Of a DNA stretch of 64,000 nt, positions 51,094 through 63,249 are shown piece after piece. How positions within the stretch are numbered: position 1 is the stretch's first letter; every line of letters starts with the position of its first letter. The DNA is from an uncultured Acidobacteriota bacterium (GTDB lineage: Bacteria; Acidobacteriota; Thermoanaerobaculia; Multivoradales; JAHEKO01). A program made the position numbers and the translations under genes. The notes beneath the pieces were generated by a model. It was given only the letters and a program-made list of their open reading frames with translations. It did not search any database and was not told the origin of the DNA. The stretch covers positions 384,001-448,000 of the forward strand of contig CAVQNG010000025.1 of the NCBI GenBank assembly GCA_963713825.1, in the 5' to 3' direction.

Positions 51094-51379
51094 CTCGTCA
51101 GCCTCCGCGGACCTACTCTAACAGTTATGCCGCGACCCGATCGAGGATTTGTCGACAAACTTCTGGCGAGCTGCCATGGCCGGCCAGGTCTGCGCGAGCT
51201 ACCCATCCGGGTGGTTCATCTGCCACCCCGGGGTGAGGTGGCCAACCACCCTTCCGAGCGTTATGGCTCGTCATCAAGGGCCGGTATTGTCGGGCGGTAA
51301 GAGCCCGCTGCCCGGAGTGAGGATGTATGTTCGGAGGGACGTCCTTCACTCCGGGCGGGGGGAGGGGAGATCGATTGGC

Positions 51380-51408
51380 TTGACTTAGCGAGATCGAAAC
51401 CCTAGATT
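51380..51408 (+). promoter_or_regulatory. Sigma70 promoter of the fadL-like gene
   Basis: TTGACT-17 bp-TAGATT; AAGGAGG RBS before ATG 51498. Confidence 0.7.
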
Positions 51409-51497
51409 GCTGAGGATCATTGCCCTACTGCCTGCAGCCTCGAAGGGGACGAGAAGGGAATCTTCCACGGCGGCCTTTCACCAAGGAGGTTCGTACC

Positions 51498-52853
51498 ATG
51501 ACGTCAAAGAGATTGTTGGTTGTGGGTATGGGAATCGCTGGCCTTTTGCTGGCGTCGATCTCGCCGCTGCAGGCCGCGGGCTTCGGCATCTTCGAGCACG
51601 GTACGAAAGCGATGGGCATGTCGAGTGCCTTCACGGCGCAAGCCGACGACCCCTCGGCGATGTTCTTCAACGCGGCTGGCATTGCGTTCCAGCACGAGCG
51701 TGACTTCATGCTCGGTGTCACCTACATCTTCTCGACCGAGGCCGATTTCCAGGGAGCCGCTCCCTTTCCTGGCCCCAATGTCAGCGAGGAGCAGGAGAAG
51801 CTCTCCGAGTTTCCGCCCCACTTCTACTGGGTGGAACCGATCAACGATCGGATGACCTTCGGTCTGGGCATCAACGCGCCGTTCGGCCTGTCGACGGAGT
51901 GGAAGAATACGGATGACTTCACAGGTCGCTACGTCAGCACCTTTGCTGCCCTCCAGGCAATTGACATCAATCCGACATTCGGCTGGATGGCCACCGACAA
52001 CTTCGGCATCGGCGTCGGGCTGATCGGCCGGTTCTCGGAGGTCGAGCTGCAGAACCGGACGTTCTACAACATCGGAGTCAATCCGAATCCGCCGTGCCTG
52101 GATCCCGACGTGAGTCATCCGCTCTGCGGCCCCGAGATCGCCGCTTCGTCGATCAAGGGTGGGTACGACTACGGGTACGGCTTCAACTTGGGGATTCTGC
52201 ACAAATACAACAACAGTTTCTCCTGGGGTCTGTCCTACCGGAGTGGGATCAGCGTAGAGTACGACGGCGACCTGAACCTGACGCAGATCCTCACGGGCAT
52301 TCCGCCGCTCGATGGTTTGCTGGGGGCGGTTCTCCCCTTTGGCCAGACGCTTGGCGGCAAGACCGAGATCGATTTTCCCGACATCGCAAGCCTGGGCTTC
52401 CACTTCATGGCTTCGCCGGCACTGGGCTTCGAGGTCGACATCAACTGGGCGGGTTGGAGCTCCTTTGACACCTTGGTCATTCAGGTCGACAGTCCGACGC
52501 TTCCCGATGGTACGCCAGCCCTCGGCGACATCGTCCGCCCGCAGAACTGGGACGATTCCTACAATTACCGTCTGGGTGTCCACTGGAACAGTAGCGAGAG
52601 CGCCCAATGGCGTTTTGGCTATGTATACGACGAGACACCACAACCGACGGCGGGAGCCAGCCCATTGCTGCCCGACGCGAATCGGAACGGGTTCACGTTT
52701 GGCTACGGACACCAGGGCAATAGCATGAGCTGGGATCTGGCGGTGATGTACCTACCCTTCGATTCGAAGACCGTCGAGGGTGAGTCCGACAACTACTACT
52801 TCGGTGAATACAACCAGACTGCGTGGCTGGTCGGAGTCTCGGTTGGTTTCTAG
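51498..52853 (+). CDS. fadL: OmpP1/FadL long-chain fatty-acid outer-membrane transporter
   Basis: AAGFGIFEHG..AMGM, ADDPSAMFFNAAG, PFGL.TEW, LPDANR and C-terminal Phe. Confidence 0.88.
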   Translation: MTSKRLLVVGMGIAGLLLASISPLQAAGFGIFEHGTKAMGMSSAFTAQADDPSAMFFNAAGIAFQHERDFMLGVTYIFSTEADFQGAAPFPGPNVSEEQEKLSEFPPHFYWVEPINDRMTFGLGINAPFGLSTEWKNTDDFTGRYVSTFAALQAIDINPTFGWMATDNFGIGVGLIGRFSEVELQNRTFYNIGVNPNPPCLDPDVSHPLCGPEIAASSIKGGYDYGYGFNLGILHKYNNSFSWGLSYRSGISVEYDGDLNLTQILTGIPPLDGLLGAVLPFGQTLGGKTEIDFPDIASLGFHFMASPALGFEVDINWAGWSSFDTLVIQVDSPTLPDGTPALGDIVRPQNWDDSYNYRLGVHWNSSESAQWRFGYVYDETPQPTAGASPLLPDANRNGFTFGYGHQGNSMSWDLAVMYLPFDSKTVEGESDNYYFGEYNQTAWLVGVSVGF

Positions 52854-52909
52854 ATAGAGAAACCTCGGTCTCGATCGCAGGCTGGTGGTCGCGACCTGGT
52901 CATTCGAGG

Positions 52910-52941
52910 GTGGGCTGGTAGACTCCAGCCCACTTTTTTTT
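52910..52941 (+). terminator. Rho-independent terminator
   Basis: GTGGGCTGG-tagact-CCAGCCCAC followed by T8. Confidence 0.85.
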
Positions 52942-52960
52942 GGTTCGGACTGCCTATTTC

Positions 52961-55804
<2,844 letters not shown>

Positions 55805-55872
55805 GCCGTTGTGTCCTTCACGCATTCCGCTGCGGAAGGCAATGGAAACCCTGTAGAATCAGCGCGATAGCG

Positions 55873-57351
55873 ATGAACGAAGCGCGAGCGACTTTCGCTG
55901 AAAAGCGGCGCATCCTGCAGCTGGAGACCCTCTACGATCTGGCTGTGGCGCTGCACGCGCACCGGCCGGAGCAGGAGCTGGTGGACGAGTTACTGGAGAG
56001 GGTCTGCGCGGTTCTGGACCCCGAGGCGGCGGTGGCTGTAACCCGAGACGAGTACGGTGCGGGTCGCGCCGCGGCGAGTGTCGGTTGGCCCGCCGCTCCA
56101 CCCGAAGCCTCGACGCTGCTTTCTGCGCCTCTCTGGCGGGAGCTCTTGGCAAGCGGGCAGTCGCTGTCACAGCGCGATGGAGAGTTGGTGGCGAGGGACT
56201 ATCACGAGATTCTCGCGACTCCCCTGGTGAATCGAGGGGTCTATCTGGGCTATCTAGCTGTTCTCGACAAGGAACAGCGGGGCGGTGAGCGGGTCGGGTT
56301 CGCCGGTGAGGACCGGCGTTTTCTGGAGTCGGTCGCGGCGCTGGCTGGCGTCGCCCTGGACAGTGCTCGTCAGGTTGCGGATCTGGAGGTCCAGCGGGAG
56401 CGCCTGCAGGAGGAGAACAAGGCGCTGCGAGATCATCTGGCCGATCAGGTGGCGGGTCACAGGATCGTGGCCCATGCACCCCCGATGCGGCGGGTGCTGG
56501 AGCTCGTCGAAAGGGTGGCACCCCGAGGCGTCAGCGTTGTCGTTCGAGGCGAGAGCGGTACCGGCAAGGAGCTCATCGCCAAGCTGCTGCATTTCCACTC
56601 GGCTCGCAGTGGCGCCTTGGTGGCAGTCAACTGCGGAGCGCTGCCCGAGTCTCTCCTCGAAAGTGAGTTGTTCGGTATCGAAGGAGGGGTTGCAACTGGA
56701 GTCGATGCGCGTCGGGGAAAGTTCGAGCTGGCGGATGGTGGCACGCTCTTTTTGGACGAGATCGGAGACATGCAACCAGCGCTTCAAGTCAAGCTGCTGA
56801 GAGCACTCCAGGAGCGTGAGATCGTTAGAGTCGGCGGTCACCAGGCGACTCCCGTCGATGTGCGCCTGATCGCTGCGACCCACCAGGACCTCGAGAGTCT
56901 GGTGGCGGAGAAGCGCTTTCGCGAGGACCTCTACTATCGACTGAAAGGGGTCGAGATTCAGCTTCCTCCCCTGCGAGAGCGCCGTCAGGACATACCGCAT
57001 CTGGTTCGATATTTCGCCGAAGGATTCTGCCAGCGCGAAGAGATCGAGCTGCCTCGATTTCCGGCCGAGACTCTGGCCGAGCTGATGAGCTACCAGTTCC
57101 CAGGCAATGTTCGAGAGTTGCAGAATCTCGTCGAGGCGGCGGTTTCCCTGGCCGAGGGAGTCATCGAGCCGCAACTGGTGCGATCGCTGATGGGTGAGGT
57201 CGGCGGCGCTGATGGACCCGAACCGCTCGACCTGTCGACAGCGGAGCGATTGCACATCTCGAGGGTGCTTCGCCTGGTCGGAGGCAACAAGAGTCGGGCC
57301 GCAACACTCCTCGGCATCGATCGACGAACACTGCAAAGGAAGGGCTACTGA
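55873..57351 (+). CDS. Sigma54-dependent Fis-family activator with N-terminal GAF domain
   Basis: GESGTGKE, ESELFG, GVATG (GAFTGA variant), LFLDEIG, FREDLYYRL, PGNVREL and C-terminal HTH. Confidence 0.93.
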   Translation: MNEARATFAEKRRILQLETLYDLAVALHAHRPEQELVDELLERVCAVLDPEAAVAVTRDEYGAGRAAASVGWPAAPPEASTLLSAPLWRELLASGQSLSQRDGELVARDYHEILATPLVNRGVYLGYLAVLDKEQRGGERVGFAGEDRRFLESVAALAGVALDSARQVADLEVQRERLQEENKALRDHLADQVAGHRIVAHAPPMRRVLELVERVAPRGVSVVVRGESGTGKELIAKLLHFHSARSGALVAVNCGALPESLLESELFGIEGGVATGVDARRGKFELADGGTLFLDEIGDMQPALQVKLLRALQEREIVRVGGHQATPVDVRLIAATHQDLESLVAEKRFREDLYYRLKGVEIQLPPLRERRQDIPHLVRYFAEGFCQREEIELPRFPAETLAELMSYQFPGNVRELQNLVEAAVSLAEGVIEPQLVRSLMGEVGGADGPEPLDLSTAERLHISRVLRLVGGNKSRAATLLGIDRRTLQRKGY

Positions 57352-57359
57352 AGTACGGA

Positions 57360-57501
57360 TGCGGCATAATAGCCCACGCGAGGCAAAATGTCTCAATCGA
57401 AGATGAAAGCAACACCTCTTGCGGTTTCTTCGTGATGAGCATTGAGCAATCCGAGGATGCTTGCGGCATAATGCCGCACTCGCGATGCGCATGATGCCGC
57501 G
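57360..57501. promoter_or_regulatory. Four palindromic enhancer-like sites (consensus TGCGGCA-N3-TGCCGCA)
   Basis: 57360 TGCGGCAtaaTAGCCCA; 57379 CGAGGCAaaaTGTCTCA; 57462 TGCGGCAtaaTGCCGCA (perfect); 57485 ATGCGCAtgaTGCCGCG. Confidence 0.7.
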
Positions 57502-57574
57502 TCATGGATCGAAGCTTCCATGCAAAAGACTGTAAACAGGAGACTTATGGGACTGGTGGTGGTCAATGCCGCAG

Positions 57575-57591
57575 TTGGCAGCGAGTTTGCT
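57575..57591 (+). promoter_or_regulatory. Sigma54 (-24/-12) promoter upstream of the rsbW-STAS-spoIIE operon
   Basis: TTGGCAGCGAGTTTGCT (GG-N10-GC), downstream of the enhancer-like sites and an A-rich tract. Confidence 0.72.
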
Positions 57592-57819
57592 GGTTCAGAT
57601 GTGCGAACCAGGGAGATCACCGATGCTGCAATCGATTCGAAGGGCACTACCCCTACCGCAAGTTCCAGTCCACGCAGTCGTTTGTGGCACCTCGGTGTTG
57701 GCTTTCGGCTGGCTCCTGGCAAACGACAGTATCAAGCCCATTGCAGTCTATTTGCTCCAAATCTACCTGGCCTTTTGAATCGGGCCTGGGAGGTAACATG
57801 ATGGAGCTCGGATGGAGGT

Positions 57820-58254
57820 ATGGCCAGTAGCGCCGTTCTAAGGGAGGTCACTCTGACCCTCCCTATGCTGCCGGACATGGAGATTGCGGCCAGCAAGACC
57901 GCAACTGCCTTGGCGGAGTTCATGGAGATGAGCTCCGATAAGATAGACGAAGTCCGGATGGCGGTGGTGGAAGCCTGCATCAACAGTTTCGAGCACAGCC
58001 AGGCGGATGATCGAAAGGTCGAGATCCAGTTCGCCGTGCTAGGGAACGACGAGCCGGAAAGGCTCCAGATTACGATCCGTGACTCCGGTGTCGGTTTCAC
58101 TCCGGAGAGTCTGGTGAAGCCGAGAATCGAGGATAAGCTCAAGGCTGCGAGCAAGCGAGGATGGGGACTAACGATCATCAAGGGACTGATGGACGAGGTC
58201 GACATTCACTCTGGCCCTCGTGGAACGACCGTTGTGATGAGTAAGCTGCGCTGA
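57820..58254 (+). CDS. RsbW/SpoIIAB-type anti-sigma factor Ser kinase (HATPase_c_2)
   Basis: MAVVEACINSFEH, DSGVGF and RGWGLTIIKGLMDEV motifs. Confidence 0.92.
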   Translation: MASSAVLREVTLTLPMLPDMEIAASKTATALAEFMEMSSDKIDEVRMAVVEACINSFEHSQADDRKVEIQFAVLGNDEPERLQITIRDSGVGFTPESLVKPRIEDKLKAASKRGWGLTIIKGLMDEVDIHSGPRGTTVVMSKLR

Positions 58255-58271
58255 TCTCGGGGAGTGATGAC

Positions 58272-58622
58272 ATGACCGAAATGTTGAAAGTGACCGTCGA
58301 CCGTCGGCATCCGATGGCGGTGATCTATACCGAGGGTTACATCAACAACCAGGGGGGAGAGGAGATCGCCCGCGTGGCGTACGACCTGATCGACGAGGAC
58401 CACAAGGTGCTGTTGCTCAACCTCCAAGGAACCAAGATCGTCAACTCGATCGGCATCTCCATCCTGATCGAGATCATCGAGAAGATGCTGGAGATCGATG
58501 GCAAGCTCGCCTTCTGCAATCTCACGCCGACGATCGAAAAGACTTTTCACATCATGGGGCTAGCCCAGTACGCCAAGATCTTTCCCGACGAGGGAGTAGC
58601 GCTCGGCGAGCTGGCCGGCTAA
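58272..58622 (+). CDS. STAS anti-anti-sigma factor (RsbV/SpoIIAA-like)
   Basis: STAS pattern with phosphoacceptor motif VNSIGIS and TFHIMGL. Confidence 0.9.
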   Translation: MTEMLKVTVDRRHPMAVIYTEGYINNQGGEEIARVAYDLIDEDHKVLLLNLQGTKIVNSIGISILIEIIEKMLEIDGKLAFCNLTPTIEKTFHIMGLAQYAKIFPDEGVALGELAG

Positions 58623-58629
58623 GGAGAAG

Positions 58630-60216
58630 ATGAGCCCTCCTTCTGCCCCACTTGCACGAAAGTTGAGCTGGGAGGATGTCCTTGGCGCTGCTGAGCGGCG
58701 TGAAGGGGAGCGTGCCTATCTGGTGCGCCTGCTGCAGATGCTTTGCCAGACTCAGGGCTTCAAGGCGGCAGCGCTCTATTCTCAGAGCAGCGAGTGCTTC
58801 GATCGCCAGGTGGTCTGGGGCTCGGAGGCCTTCCCGGCTTCGATCGAAGGGGGCGGCTCGGCTGGCTTCGAGAGCCTCGAGCTGCCGGAGGGTCGCCTTC
58901 TCTTCGCTCCTGCTGAGGGTGATTGGCGACGTCCAAAGGGACCGGTCGTGCTCGCCCTGGCGTCGGGACTCCGCGCGGCTGTCCTGAGACAACGGCTCAA
59001 GGAGCAGAGCTTCGCCGTCAACTATCGAGGCGTCGAGCTCGAGTCCCTCTACGATGTCGGTTTGGCGATTGCGTCGATGCTCAACCTCGAGCAGCTCGGC
59101 GAAGAGATCCTGTTGCGAGCCGTATCGCTGCTGGATGCCCGGCGGGGTGCCCTGTACCTGCGGAGTGCCGGACGACTGGTGCTCGATCACACCCTCGGCG
59201 GTGATGCCAGGCCCGAACTGCCTCTGGATGATCCTCAAGTGGCTGAGGTCCTGGGACCGGGTCTTGGCAAAGACCAGGACTTGCTGCCTGGTGCCCGATA
59301 TCTGATGGCAGTGCCGGTCGGCGCTGAGCCGAACTCGCGGGGCATTCTGCTCGTCGCCGACAAGGAGAGCCGCAGCGGTGTAGGACCGTTTCCAGACCCT
59401 GATCGGCGGACGCTCGCGCTGTTCGCCAACCAGGCCGCTACCGCGCTCGAGACTGCCTACCTGCATCGCCAGGCGTTGGAGAAGGAACGGCTCGAGAGAG
59501 AGATCGAGCTGGCCGCCGACATCCAGCGCCGTCTTCTCCCGACCACGTTTCCTGTCGTCGAGAATTTCGACCTGGCGGGCTGGAGCAGGCCTGCCCGCCA
59601 CGTGGGCGGTGACTTCTACGATCTGATGCGCACGAGGGAGGGGCGGATCGGAGCGGTTCTGGCTGACGTTTCGGGCAAGGGCCTACCGGCAGCTCTCATG
59701 GTCTCCACGATTCACTCCGCCCTGCGACTGCTGGTCGAGCAGGAAGAAATCGGACCCGAGCTCGTGCGACTTCTGAATCGCCATATTTCTGCTTCCACGG
59801 CGCCCAATAAATTCATTACTCTGCTGCTGGCAGAGCTCGATCCTGCCTCGAGCGAGGTGCGCTTTGTCAACGCGGGCCACAACCCGGGCGTTGTGATCCG
59901 CAGCGATGGCGACGTCAGAGAAATGGGCTCCGGCGGCTTGCCGCTAGGTCTGTTCGCAGAGAGCTCCTACGAGGCCGGCCGACTGCATCTCGAGGCTGGC
60001 GATCTGCTGTGTATCTACAGTGATGGACTTACCGAATGCGAATCACCAACCGATGAGGAGTTCGGTCTTCCGCGACTGGTCGATCTTCTCCGCTCCACGA
60101 CCGATCGATCTCTGTCAGAGGTCATTCGGACCGTTGACTCCGCAGTGACAGACTTTGCCCAAGGGCTCAACCAGGGCGACGACCAGACGCTGGTTCTGAT
60201 CCGTCGCACGGCGTGA
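58630..60216 (+). CDS. GAF + SpoIIE/RsbU PP2C phosphatase
   Basis: IQRRLLP, VGGDFYD, DVSGKG, NAGH, YSDGLTE and GDDQT motifs. Confidence 0.93.
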   Translation: MSPPSAPLARKLSWEDVLGAAERREGERAYLVRLLQMLCQTQGFKAAALYSQSSECFDRQVVWGSEAFPASIEGGGSAGFESLELPEGRLLFAPAEGDWRRPKGPVVLALASGLRAAVLRQRLKEQSFAVNYRGVELESLYDVGLAIASMLNLEQLGEEILLRAVSLLDARRGALYLRSAGRLVLDHTLGGDARPELPLDDPQVAEVLGPGLGKDQDLLPGARYLMAVPVGAEPNSRGILLVADKESRSGVGPFPDPDRRTLALFANQAATALETAYLHRQALEKERLEREIELAADIQRRLLPTTFPVVENFDLAGWSRPARHVGGDFYDLMRTREGRIGAVLADVSGKGLPAALMVSTIHSALRLLVEQEEIGPELVRLLNRHISASTAPNKFITLLLAELDPASSEVRFVNAGHNPGVVIRSDGDVREMGSGGLPLGLFAESSYEAGRLHLEAGDLLCIYSDGLTECESPTDEEFGLPRLVDLLRSTTDRSLSEVIRTVDSAVTDFAQGLNQGDDQTLVLIRRTA

Positions 60217-60268
60217 GCCTGGCTCCAACAGCCGATCTCGTTCCAGGTAGTCCTCAGTCTCTTGTTTG

Positions 60269-61624
60269 TCAAAGCTCCTCGAGCAGGGGCCGAAAGCTCG
60301 AAGTGTCGGCGATCGCCAGCGCCGGAGTCGAAATCCCACCGATGACCCCGTCATGGCTGAGTCTGACCACGGACTCGGACCCGACTCCCAGGAGATTCGA
60401 GAAGGCGCGCAGAAGGCTGTCCTCCCAGATCAGGTCGGGCAGTCCTTCCGCGAGTCTTCCTTCGCTGATGCGCCTCACTCCCCGAGCGTGGGCGCGAATC
60501 TGGACTCGCGACGGCTCGAAGCACTCCACCTGGTCCAACCAACCGATCCACAGGCCACCATCGGCGGCCCTTAGCAGCTCTTCCTCCGATTGGTCTCCGG
60601 GTACCAGATAGAGGTTCATGGCTCGGGCGTCGTTGCCGCCGATCGCATGGGCCGTCGCTTCGAGGCCCAACTGAGCCGCCTGACGTTGATCCAGGGCCGG
60701 CGTCTTCGGCGCTCCTTTCAAAATCAGATCGACCGGTCGCTTGGCGGTTCCTTCCAGATCGAAGGGGAAGGGCAAGCCAGCTGGGTCGGTAGCGTCATCG
60801 CGCAGATTGATGGCTCTATCGAAGACCTGGACGTCGAGATGCTGACGCAGAAAGGAGCTGCCCTGGTAGTAGGAGATGGCGGAGAAGGCCACCCGATTGA
60901 GGATGTCGCACAGCCCAGCCGTGGCCTCCGCGGAGAGCACCACGGGGAGGGGGCCTGAGGCGAGATCGGCTTCGGGTCCGGAGGCATGGCGCTGTTTGGC
61001 CCGGTCGAACACGCCAGCGATCCCGAGACCCTCGAGACTGCGAGCAGCCGACGCTGCCCTGCCGCCGCCCGGTCTTCGACCGATCCTGGCCTCGATGCCA
61101 GAGGCAGTTACTGCGGCTTGCCGACGTACTCCCCGAGTGTTGAAGACGGCAATGCGGGCGGCAGTCCATTCGAGGTCCAGGATGCCCCGCTGCCGGGCCC
61201 AGGGCTCTAGAAGCCGCTCGGCGCGCTGCGCATTCAGCTGCGCGATCTGGGGATCCCAGAGTCCACCGATCTCTGGCAAGGGTGTCTCATCAGCCGGCAC
61301 ATGGAGAAGCCCCGGCAGCGGCTCTCGGCTCCGAGATTGTGCGATGGCGAGTCGGATGCTGTTCTCCAGCTCACCAATCTCGCCGAACCCGGTGCGATGA
61401 CTGCCGACCCTGCGGCGGTCGATGACACGGACCATGATCGTGCGTTCGTGGTTGAGCCGCCCTTCGATCTGGCGATTGCGTTTTCGACTCTTGCCGCGGC
61501 GTTTCTCCAGCCAGACGATCTCGGTTTCGTCAGCCGGGGAGTTGAGCAGCACAGTTTCGATGCGATCGGAGATCGTTTCGAGGCTCAAGAACTCGGACTC
61601 AAGGGTGGAATTGCGAATGGCCAC
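60269..61624 (-). CDS. TldD/PmbA family protein (PmbA/TldE-like)
   Basis: VVLSAEA, FDLEG, GGLWI and ISTPAL family pattern; no HExxGH motif. Confidence 0.8.
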   Translation of the reverse strand: MAIRNSTLESEFLSLETISDRIETVLLNSPADETEIVWLEKRRGKSRKRNRQIEGRLNHERTIMVRVIDRRRVGSHRTGFGEIGELENSIRLAIAQSRSREPLPGLLHVPADETPLPEIGGLWDPQIAQLNAQRAERLLEPWARQRGILDLEWTAARIAVFNTRGVRRQAAVTASGIEARIGRRPGGGRAASAARSLEGLGIAGVFDRAKQRHASGPEADLASGPLPVVLSAEATAGLCDILNRVAFSAISYYQGSSFLRQHLDVQVFDRAINLRDDATDPAGLPFPFDLEGTAKRPVDLILKGAPKTPALDQRQAAQLGLEATAHAIGGNDARAMNLYLVPGDQSEEELLRAADGGLWIGWLDQVECFEPSRVQIRAHARGVRRISEGRLAEGLPDLIWEDSLLRAFSNLLGVGSESVVRLSHDGVIGGISTPALAIADTSSFRPLLEEL

Positions 61625-61645
61625 AGTTCTCCACTAGGAATCGGG

Positions 61646-62977
61646 TTAGAAGGTCGTTTCTTGGCTCTGAGAAGGCCCTGGTAGGGGACTGGCCAGCGTC
61701 GTCTGAGCTCGGTCTGCCGTTCGACACAGGACTCCTCGGAGGCCCGGCTCCAGCAACCTCTCCCGCCGCAGTTGATTGGCCAGCGGTGCCGAGCTTTTCT
61801 TCAAGACGCGAATGTAGTTGTCGGTCGTGCCTTGCCATACTCCCTCTCGACAGGCTTCCCAGAGGACCTCGATGTCGGAATCGAGATGTTGTTTCTCGAA
61901 CTCTCTGGCGCTTTCCCCGGCGATCTCCATCAACCGTTTCATTCTCTGACGCTTGACGGCGTGAGGCACCTGATCCGGTAGCTCGGCCGCTTCGGTGCCT
62001 GGGCGTGCTGAATACGGGAAGGCGTGAATCCTGGCGAACTTCATCCCTTCGATGCATCGAAGGCTTGCCTCGAATTCCTCGTCGGTCTCGCCGGGGAAGC
62101 CGACGATCACGTCAGTCGTCACGGCGATCCCGGGGACCTCTCTCTTGACCTCCCGCACGAGACCCTCGAAATCGGCAGCGTTGTACGGCCGCCGCATGCG
62201 CTCGAGGGTCGATGTGCAGCCGCTCTGCAGAGAGAAGTGGAGGTGTCGGCAGAGGCGAGGGGCCCTGAGTAGGTCGAGGAGCCGCCTGTCGAACTGCCAG
62301 GGTGCGATCGAAGTCAGTCGAAGGCGACTTCGATCCGAAGTCAGAAGCAGTTGCTCGACCAGATCGAACAGGCGTAGGTGTCCCCAGCGATACGAGGAGA
62401 TCTGGACGCCGGTGATGACAATTTCGCCAAAACCACCAGCGCTCAAGTCCTCGACATCCTGCACGATGTCATCGAAGGGACGGCTGCGCTGCTTGCCGCG
62501 GGTCTGCGGAATGATGCAGAAGGCACAGCGCATGCCGCAGCCATCTTCGATCTTGACGAGGGTCCGGCTGTTGCCGAACTCGATGGGCACGAAAGGTAAA
62601 GGCAGCTCAGTGGGCTCGGTCAGGGAAGGCGCAAGATCGGGGAACGTGTCGCGGACGCGTTCCAGCAGTGATTCTTTGTCGCGATTGGCCACAACCAGAT
62701 CGACTCCAGCCAGGGAAGCCGCTTCTTGTGGGTCCGCTTCCACGTAACAGCCGGTCAGGACCGTCTTCAAGGTCGGGTTGACCCGACGGCCGCGCCGCGC
62801 TGTCTTGCGGGAGTCCCGCGCCGCCATGTGGGTAACGGTACAGGTGTTGACAACGTGCAGGTCGGCCTCGGTGAGCTCGCCGGCAATCGAGTAGCCTGCA
62901 GCGCGAAAGCGACGCGCCAAGTGCTCGAGCTCGGCCTGATTGAGCTTGCATCCCAGGTTGCTGAAGAAGACCCTCAT
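61646..62977 (-). CDS. mtaB: tRNA t6A methylthiotransferase (MiaB-like radical SAM)
   Basis: LGCKLNQAE, NTCTVT, TGCY, GCGMRCAFC, DVIVGFPGE, YSARPGT and TDNY motifs. Confidence 0.9.
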   Translation of the reverse strand: MRVFFSNLGCKLNQAELEHLARRFRAAGYSIAGELTEADLHVVNTCTVTHMAARDSRKTARRGRRVNPTLKTVLTGCYVEADPQEAASLAGVDLVVANRDKESLLERVRDTFPDLAPSLTEPTELPLPFVPIEFGNSRTLVKIEDGCGMRCAFCIIPQTRGKQRSRPFDDIVQDVEDLSAGGFGEIVITGVQISSYRWGHLRLFDLVEQLLLTSDRSRLRLTSIAPWQFDRRLLDLLRAPRLCRHLHFSLQSGCTSTLERMRRPYNAADFEGLVREVKREVPGIAVTTDVIVGFPGETDEEFEASLRCIEGMKFARIHAFPYSARPGTEAAELPDQVPHAVKRQRMKRLMEIAGESAREFEKQHLDSDIEVLWEACREGVWQGTTDNYIRVLKKSSAPLANQLRRERLLEPGLRGVLCRTADRAQTTLASPLPGPSQSQETTF

Positions 62978-63027
62978 CGGCCGCCTATTGTACAGAGTCG
63001 CCAGAGCTCGAGCTTCAAGGTCTGCGG

Positions 63028-63249
63028 CTGGCTCGGCAATTGCACGTCCGAGGAAGCAGCATGATTTGCCGCAGCCAGGAATCTAGAATTCAGGCTGCGG
63101 CGCGACGATTGAGGAGTGCAGCGCGCATGGCCACTCAGCATGACGTCACCGAACGTGGACACCATCGACCTCGACCTGGGCGCATGCGGCCCCGGAGTAC
63201 CGGTCGAATCAGCGGGCTCAAGAGGCGGTGTGGGCAACCTTCCTCGGGG
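63028..63249 (+). ncRNA. Candidate structured ncRNA (6S-like closing stem), unconfirmed
   Basis: CCGAGGAAG (63048) pairs with CTTCCTCGG (63239); TTGCC pairs with GGCAA; the 3' GCGGGCTCAAG resembles the 6S GGGUUCAAG; about 200 nt. Confidence 0.3.

Noticed and set aside
50000-51400. tmRNA near smpB, or tRNA-Sec
   Set aside because: No tRNA-like acceptor and T-arm ends, no tag reading frame and no UCA anticodon arm were found.
63040-63062. SRP RNA (GTCCGAGGAAGCAGC resembles domain IV)
   Set aside because: It lacks the CAGG strand and the GNRA tetraloop (reads CACG-TCC-GA-GGA); kept only as an unassigned structure.
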